A stretch of 50,492 nucleotides of DNA, from the NCBI GenBank assembly GCA_043813605.1, contig JBDRKX010000096.1, positions 1-50,492 of the forward strand, given 5' to 3'. Positions 29,318 through 38,826 of the stretch are shown in pieces (positions within the stretch are counted from its first letter, which is position 1; every line of letters starts with the position of its first letter). The DNA comes from Elusimicrobiota bacterium. GTDB taxonomy: Bacteria; CG03; SLGR01; JBDRKX01. A program made the translations under genes and the position numbers. A model generated the notes under the pieces. It saw nothing but the letters and a program-made list of their open reading frames with translations, made no database searches and had not been told where the DNA came from.

Positions 29318-32300
29318 TTACCTATATACCTCTTCTGTCACAGTCTCGACTTCCGAACCCTTTATCTGCTCGCTCTTTATCCTCTCAAGCGCTTTCTTAT
29401 AATCTATAGGGAACACTTTAACAAATTTCGGGAGCATCTCTTCCCAATCCTCGACTATCCTTGCAGCATATTTGCTTCCGGTATAATCGATGTGTTTTTT
29501 GATCAGCTCCAGCAGGTATTTCATGTCTGCTTCATTTACTACAGGTTCCAAATCTACCATGTCAAGGTTGCATTTAGTATCAAAGAGCTGATTTTCATCC
29601 AGGACATATGCGATCCCCCCGCTCATGCCTGCTGCAAAATTTATTCCGGTCCGTCCGAGTATGACAACACATCCTCCAGTCATATACTCGCATCCATGAT
29701 CTCCCACGCCTTCCACTACGGCTACCGCTCCGCTGTTCCTGACGGCAAAACGCTCTCCGGCCATACCGTGTATATAAGCTTCACCTGCGGTAGCTCCGAA
29801 AAGGGCCACATTTCCGGTTATAATATTGTTCTGCGAACGATAAGTGGACCCTTTCTGCGGATAGAGTATTATACGGCCTCCTGATAATCCTTTACCGAGA
29901 TAATCGTTGGCGTCTCCTTCCAGTTCAAATGTGATACCGCGCGCAAGAAATGCGGCAAAACTCTGACCGGCGACACCGGTAAACTTGCATTCAATAGTAT
30001 CAGGAGGAAGTCCTTCTTCCTTGTATTTTTTTGATACTTCATAGCTTAGGCGCGCGCCTACTGAACGGTTGGAATTCCTTATCTGTGTAAACAGATTTAC
30101 TTTTTTGCCGCTTTCAAGAGCTTTTTCAGAATTCTTTATAAGTTCTTCATCTATTGTATTTCCCAAGGCATGGTCCTGCTTTGACGTACAATAATACGAA
30201 CCCCCGCTTTTAAGTTCCGGTTTCTTCAAAAGATCTGTAAAATCCAGCCCTTTTGCTTTCCAGTGGTCTATCGGATAATCGATATCCAGCCTGTCGGCCT
30301 GTCCTATCATGTCATCAAATTTTCTGAAACCGAGTTCAGCCATTATCTCTCTGACCTCGCAGGCCAGGAACATCATGTAGTTCATAAGGTGTTCAGGTTT
30401 TCCTGTAAACTTTTTTCTCAATTCGGGATCCTGGGTTGCGACTCCTACCGGACATGTATTCATATGGCACTTGCGCATCATTACACAGCCGAGCGTTACC
30501 AGGACTATAGTAGCAAAACCGAATTCTTCGGCGCCCAGCATTGCACCAATAACAATATCCCTGCCTGTTCTCAGTTGACCGTCTACTTGTACCTTGATCT
30601 TATCCCTCAGTTTGTTGAGAACAAGTGTCTGCTGAGTTTCAGAAAGGCCGATTTCCCACGATATACCTGCATGCTTTATCGATGATAACGGAGAGGCGCC
30701 GGTGCCTCCGTCACCGCCGCTTATAAGCACCATATCCGCTTTGCCTTTTGCTACACCTGCAGCTACTGTACCTACTCCGAGTTCGCTGACCAGTTTTACC
30801 GATATCCTGGCATCAGGATTTGAATTTTTAAGGTCATAAATGAGCTGGGCCAGGTCTTCTATGGAATATATGTCATGATGCGGCGGAGGAGATATGAGCA
30901 TCACTCCCGGAGTAGAATGCCTGACTTTAGCTATTATCTTGTCTACTTTATGTCCCGGGAGCTGTCCGCCTTCTCCCGGTTTGGCCCCTTGAGCCATCTT
31001 TATCTGAAGTTCTTCTGCATGGGAAAGATAATTGCTGTTTACGCCAAAACGCGCGGAAGCCACCTGTTTTACCTTACTTATCATGCTGTCTCCGTTATCA
31101 AGCGGATTGAAACGTTCGTTGTCTTCCCCTCCTTCACCGGAATTACTCCGGATACCCAGGCGGTTCATGGCTATTGCTATAGTCTCATGCGCCTCCCGGC
31201 TGATAGAACCGTAACTCATTGCTGATGAGACAAACCGTTTGACTATATTCTCAGAGGGTTCTACTTCTTCTATCGGTACGGGAGCGGCATCTTTGAATTT
31301 AAATAAACCTCTAAGCGTACAACCCTGGCGATTACTGTCATTTATAACGGCCGAATATCTCTTGAAATCATCATAATTTCCTTCACGCACAGCTTTCTGA
31401 AGGAGCACTATAGCCTCCGGTGTCATAAGATGTTTTTCGGATGATTTCCTGTAATGGTAGTGGCCGCCGGAATCGAGTATTTCCCGTGATCCGCCCGGTT
31501 TGAAAGCGTTCCTATGCCTCATGAGCGTCTCTTCTGTGATAACATCAAGGCCTATCCCTTCAACCCTTGAAGATACTCCAGGAAAATACTTATCAATCAA
31601 ATCCGAGTTTAGGCCGACAGCTTCGAATATCTGTGCACCTTTATAACTCCTTATTGTTGATACTCCCATCTTGGACATGATCTTCAGAAGGCCCTTCTTA
31701 ATAGCCGCTATGTAATTATCCATTGCAGTCTCGAGTTTTATCCCGTCAAAGCTGTTTTCCTTTTCTTTAAGTTCGGCTATAGTCTCAAATGCCAGATAGG
31801 GATTTATTGCACTTGCACCGAAACCTATAAGGACGGCAAAGTCCATAACTTCTCTTGCTTCTCCTGTTTCTACAACAAGTCCGACAAGATGTCTCTTGTT
31901 CCTGTCTATCAAATAATTATTGACTACTGATGTGGCCAGAAGAGGCGGTATCGGAGCATTTTTCTCGTCTACATTTCTGTCACTCATAACTGCTATCGAA
32001 TATCCTTCATCTATCTTTTGCTCTATCTCGGCACACAGTTTATCCAAAGATCCTTTTAATCCGTCTATCGATCTGCCGGCATCAAACAGTATCGGAACTA
32101 TGCATGTCTTAAATCCCGTATAATTGAAATTAATGAGTTTTTCCATATCTTCATTAGTCAGTATAGGGTGCATGAGCTTAAGCTGATTGCAATGCTGAGG
32201 AGTCTCTTCAAGCAGGTTCCTCTCCCTGCCAATAAAACTCATAAGTGACATCACCAGGTTCTCCCTGTAAGGATCTATTGGAGGATTTGTCACCTGTGCA

Positions 32301-33856
32301 AAAAGCTGTTTAAAATACCTTGTCAACATCTGGGGTCTCTCCGAGAGTACTGTAAGTGCTTCATCATTTCCCATGGAGCCTATAGGTTCCTGAGCATTCT
32401 TCGCCATGGGCAGTATTATCATATTGAGATCTTCCATTGAATAACCGAAGACTTTCTGTTTTGTAAGAAGGTATTCACGATCGAGTTTAACAGGTCCGGA
32501 CGGTTGAAGTAATCCTCTTAACTCTATCCTATTCTCTTCCAACCACCTGCGGTAAAGCCTTCTTCGCGATACCGAGGCTTTTATTTCATTATCTTTCTTT
32601 ACCCTGACTATAGATGTGTCTATCAGGATCATCTTACCTGGGGCAAGACGGCCCTTTTCCAGTATATCTTCCGGTGATATATCCAGCACGCCCATTTCCG
32701 AAGCAAGTATGACCTTGCCGCTGCGGGTTATAACATACCGGGCCGGTCTGAGACCGTTTCTGTCAAGAGTAGCTCCTATCTTAATACCGTCCGTAAAAGC
32801 GATAGCCGCCGGGCCGTCCCAGGGTTCCATGAATGCTGAATGATACTCGTAAAAAGCCCTTTTATCAGCGCTCATATGATATTTCTGGCCGAATGCTTCA
32901 GGGATCATCATCATCATTGTATGTTCGATGGATCTGCCGGACTGGGTGATCAGCTCAAACGTGTTATCAAACATAGCGGAATCACTGCCTTCAGGGTTTA
33001 TTACCGGAAACAGCTTAGTTATGTCTTGCCCAAAATATTCACTTGAAAGTGTCCCTTCCCTGGCTTTCATATAGTTAGCGTTCCCGCGCAGAGTGTTTAT
33101 CTCACCGTTATGCGCTATATACCTGAACGGCTGCGCCAGCGGCCATGATGGAAAAGTATTGGTACTGTATCTCTGGTGAACCAGTGAAAAAGCGCTCTTA
33201 AATTCATTTTCAGTAAGATCGGGATAGAAAGTCTCGAACTGAGGCGCCACAAACATCCCTTTATATACCACTATCCTGCTTGAAAAACTTGATATATAAA
33301 ACTCTTCCATTGAGAGTTTTTTTTCTGCTGCTTTTTTTTCAATAGATCTCCTGAGCAGATAAAGCCTGCGTTCAAGGTCATGTCCGCATATTCCGGGATA
33401 TTCAACAAAAAGCTGTGCCATAAACGGCATGGATTTCCTGGCTATTTCACCAAGGCATTCGGGACACACTGGTACATCCCTCCATCCTATTACTCTGGCG
33501 CCCTCCTCATGTACTATGAAATTGATCTGGTCCTTGAACATTTTTCGCGCCTTTTCATTCTGAGGCATAAAAAGGAATCCGGCACCGTAGTTCCCTTTAT
33601 CAGGGAGCTCAAAACCCGTTTCCGCAGCTTTTTTAGCAAAGAACTCATGAGGTATCTGTACTAGCATTCCGGCACCGTCTCCCGTTTTCAGATCTCCGCC
33701 CAACGCTCCCCTGTGTTCAAGGTTCTTTAATATGGTTATTCCGTCAAAGACTATCTGGTGTGCCGGTTTACCGTTAATATTAACGATAAATCCCACACCG
33801 CAGCTGTCATGTTCATTTGCACGGTCATATAATCCGAATTTCTTCAGCTTATCCAT
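29318..33856 (-). CDS. gltB: Glutamate synthase large subunit
   Basis: EHDSCGVG (catalytic Cys), HQRYSTNT, AQGAKPGEGGQLP, CVMMRKCHMNTCPVG; likely start ATG 33856. Confidence 0.98.
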   Translation of the reverse strand: MDKLKKFGLYDRANEHDSCGVGFIVNINGKPAHQIVFDGITILKNLEHRGALGGDLKTGDGAGMLVQIPHEFFAKKAAETGFELPDKGNYGAGFLFMPQNEKARKMFKDQINFIVHEEGARVIGWRDVPVCPECLGEIARKSMPFMAQLFVEYPGICGHDLERRLYLLRRSIEKKAAEKKLSMEEFYISSFSSRIVVYKGMFVAPQFETFYPDLTENEFKSAFSLVHQRYSTNTFPSWPLAQPFRYIAHNGEINTLRGNANYMKAREGTLSSEYFGQDITKLFPVINPEGSDSAMFDNTFELITQSGRSIEHTMMMMIPEAFGQKYHMSADKRAFYEYHSAFMEPWDGPAAIAFTDGIKIGATLDRNGLRPARYVITRSGKVILASEMGVLDISPEDILEKGRLAPGKMILIDTSIVRVKKDNEIKASVSRRRLYRRWLEENRIELRGLLQPSGPVKLDREYLLTKQKVFGYSMEDLNMIILPMAKNAQEPIGSMGNDEALTVLSERPQMLTRYFKQLFAQVTNPPIDPYRENLVMSLMSFIGRERNLLEETPQHCNQLKLMHPILTNEDMEKLINFNYTGFKTCIVPILFDAGRSIDGLKGSLDKLCAEIEQKIDEGYSIAVMSDRNVDEKNAPIPPLLATSVVNNYLIDRNKRHLVGLVVETGEAREVMDFAVLIGFGASAINPYLAFETIAELKEKENSFDGIKLETAMDNYIAAIKKGLLKIMSKMGVSTIRSYKGAQIFEAVGLNSDLIDKYFPGVSSRVEGIGLDVITEETLMRHRNAFKPGGSREILDSGGHYHYRKSSEKHLMTPEAIVLLQKAVREGNYDDFKRYSAVINDSNRQGCTLRGLFKFKDAAPVPIEEVEPSENIVKRFVSSAMSYGSISREAHETIAIAMNRLGIRSNSGEGGEDNERFNPLDNGDSMISKVKQVASARFGVNSNYLSHAEELQIKMAQGAKPGEGGQLPGHKVDKIIAKVRHSTPGVMLISPPPHHDIYSIEDLAQLIYDLKNSNPDARISVKLVSELGVGTVAAGVAKGKADMVLISGGDGGTGASPLSSIKHAGISWEIGLSETQQTLVLNKLRDKIKVQVDGQLRTGRDIVIGAMLGAEEFGFATIVLVTLGCVMMRKCHMNTCPVGVATQDPELRKKFTGKPEHLMNYMMFLACEVREIMAELGFRKFDDMIGQADRLDIDYPIDHWKAKGLDFTDLLKKPELKSGGSYYCTSKQDHALGNTIDEELIKNSEKALESGKKVNLFTQIRNSNRSVGARLSYEVSKKYKEEGLPPDTIECKFTGVAGQSFAAFLARGITFELEGDANDYLGKGLSGGRIILYPQKGSTYRSQNNIITGNVALFGATAGEAYIHGMAGERFAVRNSGAVAVVEGVGDHGCEYMTGGCVVILGRTGINFAAGMSGGIAYVLDENQLFDTKCNLDMVDLEPVVNEADMKYLLELIKKHIDYTGSKYAARIVEDWEEMLPKFVKVFPIDYKKALERIKSEQIKGSEVETVTEEVYR

Positions 33857-36482
33857 TCGAATCTTTCCTGTCTTTATAGCAGACACCTCTTTGTTCAACA
33901 GAATTAACATTCAGATAAATTGCAGAATCTTTTTCATTTTCAGAGACCTCCATAACCTTGATGATATCAGACCATTTTCCTGCATCAGGAAGCAGTTTCA
34001 TGATATTATTTTCTGTTCCGGCAAAAAATTCCCTGTTTATAAGATATTCATCTTTTTCAGGATATAGCGCCATATAAAGTATATCCATCTCGACCAGGTC
34101 ATTAAAAAAATGCGTGCCGAGTGAGACATCAGGGACAAGACCCTCATGCATCTCGGCTATCTCGCAGATAACTGACACATTATTGATCTCAGTAAACTTA
34201 ACAGGCACTCCCAGGGAAGGTGTTGAAGTTCCCCATCTTCCGGGTCCGAGGAGCATAGTATTTATTTCTTTCTGATCCTTCTCAATATTTGTTATCCTGC
34301 CTATAATATGCGCCACCTGGTATCTGTCGGTTTCGGAAAGCTTTGAGTATTCGGAAGGCACCACGTATACCAGCCTGTCGATCACAGAATGTATACTGGA
34401 GCCGATTATAGGGCCTCTTGTTTTGAGAATAAGGTTATTCTCCTCAATTTTACCCGGCTCTTTTACTACACCTATGCCCTTGCGTACCTGATACGGGCGG
34501 CACTGCAGAAGATTGATCTTAAAATCATCTCTGTCATTGAAGTTAGCAGTGAATTCTATATCAACAGGATAATCGTAAGCATCCTGCAGCGTTCTCAGAA
34601 TCTCTTTCAGATCCTTGATAAATCCGGTATCTGAAAACAGTTTATCAAAAGTGAGTATCCATGCCGGTGTTTTTTTGCCGGGCCTGGTACTCATCCTTCC
34701 CTCCATTTCCATATCTCTGCTGACATACAGTTCAAATGGAAACTCGTGATCTTTTTTTGCAAGATCGCTGAAGTATTCCGATACCATTCTGTTGGATTCC
34801 AGGTCAAGTACATCGACTTTCCGCTGAACATATTTTCTCAGTTCATCAAAGTTCGCTTCGGGCCTCTTACCCGGCTCGTTTACCGCAACCAAACGGGTAT
34901 AATCATCGTCATGCCTTTCAACTGCCCTTGTACCCAATCCGAATACCACTCTTAATACGCCGGCTTTGGGATCTATATCCTTGTTCCAAACGTAAAGATT
35001 ATACGAGAAACCCACACCGGCTATCTGGGGATAAAAATAGTTATCATTAACCGTTCCTGATACTCTCTGTACCAGGAGCGCCATCTGTTCATCGCGGTCG
35101 AGAAGCCCTCTTCTGTATCGGTACATGAGCGCATTATGGTCCATTGTGCTTGAATAGACCTTTCTGACAGCGTTCAAAAAATCGTCAAGCCTTTCTTCAG
35201 GGGTGCCCTGATTCGCGCAGAACACACTTTCATATTTCCCTGAGAAGGAGTTCCCATAAGCATTTTCAAGCAGACTGGAAGATCTGACAATTACAGGAGA
35301 CTGTCCGAAATAGTTCAAGATCTCCTTGAACTGGTTCTGGATATCTTCAGGGAATGTCCCGTGGAGCATCCTGTTCTGCGCCTCTTCAGCGCCTTCAAGA
35401 AAATTATCGCTGTGTCTCTGTTTCCATCTGACCCACCAGCATTTACTTTTTATCAGGTAAGTATAAAATACATCCGATCCGATAAAGAAACTGTCGTGAG
35501 GTTCGAGTTTCTTCTGCCAGTATTCCTTATCTTTTTCCAGTATAGCACGTGCAAGAAGCATACCGACGGTCTTACCGCCTACGAGCCCTGTACCGACCAT
35601 ATGTTTTCCTATATCAATCAGATCAGAAAGATCGAAATATTTTTCGGCCAGTTTAAGTACGATATCCTCTCTTGTAACTACCATCTTTAAAAGACGCTGG
35701 CGGTATTCTTCGTACTCCCTGTCATATTCAGCTTTACCTGAATCGATTTTTTTCTGCAGCTTTTGGGCATGGGCAAAGACACGGTTCCACATATCTTCAT
35801 GGCTGACAGAGAAATCGAGCCAGGGATGAGGGACTTTTTTAAGTATTTCAGATATAACAGTACTCTTCTTTACCGGATAGAATCTGTTATCCTTCCAGTA
35901 ATGCAGCATATACATCGTCTTGGTATGCCTTTTATAAACCTTCAGCGGCTGCATATAGACTTCCTCATTATATTTGTACAGATCGAGTACAACCTGCGCT
36001 GTATTGTGAATTGCATCAATAGTGCCTGTAGTATGATGGTTTCTCAGAATCGAGAAATAAGTTGCTGTGTCATAGTCATAAAGATACGGGCATGTCAGCA
36101 TGAAAAAATTAGCCAGCATCCGGTCACTGTACCAGTCTACAGTCAGCTCAGAGAGACAGTCAAAGACATAGAATGTGCCCGGACCGTATTTTTCTATTAC
36201 TGTAAATATCTCTGCTATGAAAGTCTCGAACCCATCTTCAGGATGAAGATCATACACATCCACTTTGACATCTTCCGGGATCAGTCCGGCATGCTGGGCG
36301 AACCTGAAATATACCAGGTTGTTTCCTTTCTTGCAGGCATCACGGCAGAACGGCTGCACAAATGACATATATTCCTCCACAGCATCTACCTGCCAGACGA
36401 TATTATCACCGGGCCGTACACCCTGGATGACTTCATCCAGTTCAGGCAATCCGGTACTCATAAGCGTATATACTTTTACCAT
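33849..36482 (-). CDS. PEP/pyruvate-binding (PPDK_N, ATP-grasp) protein with an N-terminal KaiC/RecA-like segment
   Basis: STGLPELDEVIQG at the N-terminus; VGGKT.G, VRSSSLLE...FSGKYES, GLGTRAV, DIEF, LLQCRP, GPGRWG; no phospho-His or PEP-binding barrel evident. Confidence 0.75.
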   Translation of the reverse strand: MVKVYTLMSTGLPELDEVIQGVRPGDNIVWQVDAVEEYMSFVQPFCRDACKKGNNLVYFRFAQHAGLIPEDVKVDVYDLHPEDGFETFIAEIFTVIEKYGPGTFYVFDCLSELTVDWYSDRMLANFFMLTCPYLYDYDTATYFSILRNHHTTGTIDAIHNTAQVVLDLYKYNEEVYMQPLKVYKRHTKTMYMLHYWKDNRFYPVKKSTVISEILKKVPHPWLDFSVSHEDMWNRVFAHAQKLQKKIDSGKAEYDREYEEYRQRLLKMVVTREDIVLKLAEKYFDLSDLIDIGKHMVGTGLVGGKTVGMLLARAILEKDKEYWQKKLEPHDSFFIGSDVFYTYLIKSKCWWVRWKQRHSDNFLEGAEEAQNRMLHGTFPEDIQNQFKEILNYFGQSPVIVRSSSLLENAYGNSFSGKYESVFCANQGTPEERLDDFLNAVRKVYSSTMDHNALMYRYRRGLLDRDEQMALLVQRVSGTVNDNYFYPQIAGVGFSYNLYVWNKDIDPKAGVLRVVFGLGTRAVERHDDDYTRLVAVNEPGKRPEANFDELRKYVQRKVDVLDLESNRMVSEYFSDLAKKDHEFPFELYVSRDMEMEGRMSTRPGKKTPAWILTFDKLFSDTGFIKDLKEILRTLQDAYDYPVDIEFTANFNDRDDFKINLLQCRPYQVRKGIGVVKEPGKIEENNLILKTRGPIIGSSIHSVIDRLVYVVPSEYSKLSETDRYQVAHIIGRITNIEKDQKEINTMLLGPGRWGTSTPSLGVPVKFTEINNVSVICEIAEMHEGLVPDVSLGTHFFNDLVEMDILYMALYPEKDEYLINREFFAGTENNIMKLLPDAGKWSDIIKVMEVSENEKDSAIYLNVNSVEQRGVCYKDRKDSNG

Positions 36483-36520
36483 TTATTATAAAATCCCCAT
36501 ATACTCATCAGTTACATCCG

Positions 36521-36548
36521 ATTATAGCAAATGTCCTTATTCTTACAA
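36521..36548 (-). promoter_or_regulatory. Proximal sigma70 promoter of the PPDK_N-gltB-gltD unit
   Basis: TTGTAA-N16-TATAAT with TG extension (TGCTATAAT). Confidence 0.55.
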
Positions 36549-36588
36549 TTAATTATGATTGAAATATCTCTTCGTTGAAATGTGTTTT

Positions 36589-36618
36589 GGCGGGCTTTGC
36601 CGTTAGACATCTATGTCT
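36589..36618 (-). promoter_or_regulatory. ANTAR-like dual hairpin at a predicted transcription start
   Basis: AGAC-ATAGAT-GTCT aac GGC-AAAGCCC-GCC; both loops have A1 and G4 (second loop is 7 nt). Confidence 0.6.
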
Positions 36619-36624
36619 GTTTAT

Positions 36625-36654
36625 ATTATAACTCTATTTTTCGGAAATTTGCAA
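36625..36654 (-). promoter_or_regulatory. Distal sigma70 promoter
   Basis: TTGCAA-N18-TATAAT; predicted +1 near 36618. Confidence 0.55.
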
Positions 36655-36663
36655 AATATTAAC

Positions 36664-36682
36664 ATGGATTCAGAGAATCCAT
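36664..36682 (-). terminator. Hairpin after the ANTAR gene, possible weak terminator
   Basis: ATGGATTC-tct-GAATCCAT followed by GTTAATATTTT. Confidence 0.35.
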
Positions 36683-36704
36683 TCTTCTCCAGCTGGATAT
36701 TCTC

Positions 36705-37928
36705 TTATCCTCGCATATCTGAAGAAAGTATGACAGCTTCAGCCAGTGCCCGCATGGATTTTCTCATGTCCATACTCTTTTTCTGCAGTTTTTTATAAGC
36801 CTCTTCTTTGGATATACCCATATCTTTCATAAGTATACCTTTGGCCCTGTCAATCGTCTTCCTGTTCTCAAGTTCTTCTTTTGCCTTGAATATCTCCTTG
36901 TTGAGACGCGTGTTTTCAATTGCTACAGCTGACTGGTTTGCAACAGCCTGCAGCATGCTTATTTCTTCATCAGAAAACTTGTGTTCCTTCTCGGTATAAC
37001 TGTTAATAACACCTATCACTTTTTCTTTTATCATCATCGGGACGGAAAGCATCGAAATAATATTCTCTTTCCTGGCAATTTCCGGGTACATGTATTCTTT
37101 GTCTTTTGTAACATCCAAAACAGTAACAGGTTTTTTCTCTCTTACTGCCTTGCCGCTTACAGAATCTCCCACTTTGAGCGGCGGCTTATTCTTATAAGCG
37201 TCGCTCAGGCTCTGCGTAGCGGCAATAACAAGTTCCTGCCTGTCTTCATTAAGGAGCACTATCGAACAGATCTTAGAATCCATCATCTCAGCTGTCATAG
37301 TAACGATAAGGTGAAGGATCTCCTTGAGGTAACTCTCGGATATAATGGTCTCGCTTATTTTGGAAAGGATTCCCAGTTGTTCTATCTTCTTCTGCATAGC
37401 CTCTTGGGACGCTGCGCTCTCTACGGAACTGCCCAGATATTTTGCGACAGAGAAAAGAAGGCCTACCTGGTCATCAGGATACTCATATTCATTCTTGTGC
37501 TGGATATTAATAACTCCTACAACTTTGTCTTTTGACAGTATAGGCACAGATAGGAACGCCTCAAACTTGTCCTCCGGCAGGTTTGAAAAACTCTTAAAAT
37601 GGATATCCTTGTACGCGCCTTTAGTCAAGACAACAGGTTTTTCGACTTCGACAACCCATCCGGCAACACCTTCTCCTTTTTTCAGTATTATTCGTTCAAG
37701 TTCATTTGCATGAGGATTTTTTGAAGCTTTCAATACCAGTTCTTCTTTTTTCTGGTCATAGAGGTAAATAAAACATGAATCAGCCGCTGTAAGCTCAGTA
37801 GCTATTTCAACTATATGCTGGAGCAGTTCAGTCAACTCAAGGTTACTGCTTATATACTTTGCTACCAGATGAAGTATCTTGAGTTCTTTTTCTTTCTGCT
37901 CAAGTTTTTCCTTAATAGTATGCGGCAT
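36705..37928 (-). CDS. GAF-GAF-ANTAR RNA-binding regulator
   Basis: Two GAF domains (GEGVAGWV...FLSVPI...VVGVINIQ; GDSVSG...MLSVPM...IGVINSY) and a C-terminal ANTAR domain (RKTIDRAKGILM...EEAYKKLQKKSMD.RKSMRALAEAV). Confidence 0.93.
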   Translation of the reverse strand: MPHTIKEKLEQKEKELKILHLVAKYISSNLELTELLQHIVEIATELTAADSCFIYLYDQKKEELVLKASKNPHANELERIILKKGEGVAGWVVEVEKPVVLTKGAYKDIHFKSFSNLPEDKFEAFLSVPILSKDKVVGVINIQHKNEYEYPDDQVGLLFSVAKYLGSSVESAASQEAMQKKIEQLGILSKISETIISESYLKEILHLIVTMTAEMMDSKICSIVLLNEDRQELVIAATQSLSDAYKNKPPLKVGDSVSGKAVREKKPVTVLDVTKDKEYMYPEIARKENIISMLSVPMMIKEKVIGVINSYTEKEHKFSDEEISMLQAVANQSAVAIENTRLNKEIFKAKEELENRKTIDRAKGILMKDMGISKEEAYKKLQKKSMDMRKSMRALAEAVILSSDMRG

Positions 37929-37959
37929 AGTATTTAATAATTATAATTACAATAATTTC

Positions 37960-37987
37960 AGTTTACTTTTTTGTCCTGAATTGTCAA
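37960..37987 (-). promoter_or_regulatory. sigma70 promoter for the ANTAR gene
   Basis: TTGACA-N16-TAAACT. Confidence 0.45.
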
Positions 37988-38022
37988 TTGTGCGGATTAT
38001 ATGATGAGTGCGGCTGCAGGTT

Positions 38023-38823
38023 TTACGATAAGAACATGAGCCCGGTTATGCCCGCAAAAACGCAATAATATGAGAACAGATGGAACCTGCTCTTTTTGAC
38101 CGTCCACAGAAGCAGCTTTATCGCCCCGTAACCTGTGATGAACGAGACACTCATACCGATAATGAGCTCCGGAACACTTATGGCTAAAGCACTGAATTCG
38201 AGTATCTCGAGGAGCGTGGCGCCAAGAACCGCAGGCATCATAAGGAAGAATGAGAACCGTACAGCGTCTTCTCTCTTGAGGCCGAGTAAAAGACCGGCGG
38301 TTATCGTCATGCCTGAGCGAGAAATACCCGGCAATATGGCAAACATCTGCGCGATGCCTATTACAACCGACCTGCCGAGGCGCAACCGGCCCATTTCAAA
38401 ACCTTCAGCTCTGACAAACCTGTTAAGGAAGAGCACTCCGCCGGTTATGATCAGGAAGATGTAGACGTATCTGCCGCCGGCAAAAAAGAGTTCTATGTAA
38501 TCCTTAAAAAAAACACCGGCTATACCGGCAGGGACATTGGCTGCTATCACGAGCCAGAAAAGCCTGACGTATTCCGGACTGCCGGTCTTTGTAATACGTA
38601 CCGACGATAAAAAGCCGCGCATAAGTTCCATAATATCTTTACGGAAAATGACGATCACTGCGGCAAGCGTTCCGGTATGGAGGAATATGTCAAGTGTCAT
38701 CCCCCCTGCCCCCATATCAAGGAAATTCTGAAATATTACAAGATGGCCGGAACTGCTGACAGGAAGGAATTCAGTAAGACCCTGGATCGCCCCAAGTATT
38801 ATTATGTTAAATATTTGAAGCAA
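38023..38823 (-). CDS. uppP: Undecaprenyl-diphosphate phosphatase
   Basis: QGLTEFLPVSSSGH and PGISRSG motifs. Confidence 0.96.
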   Translation of the reverse strand: MLQIFNIIILGAIQGLTEFLPVSSSGHLVIFQNFLDMGAGGMTLDIFLHTGTLAAVIVIFRKDIMELMRGFLSSVRITKTGSPEYVRLFWLVIAANVPAGIAGVFFKDYIELFFAGGRYVYIFLIITGGVLFLNRFVRAEGFEMGRLRLGRSVVIGIAQMFAILPGISRSGMTITAGLLLGLKREDAVRFSFFLMMPAVLGATLLEILEFSALAISVPELIIGMSVSFITGYGAIKLLLWTVKKSRFHLFSYYCVFAGITGLMFLS

Positions 38824-38826
38824 TTA

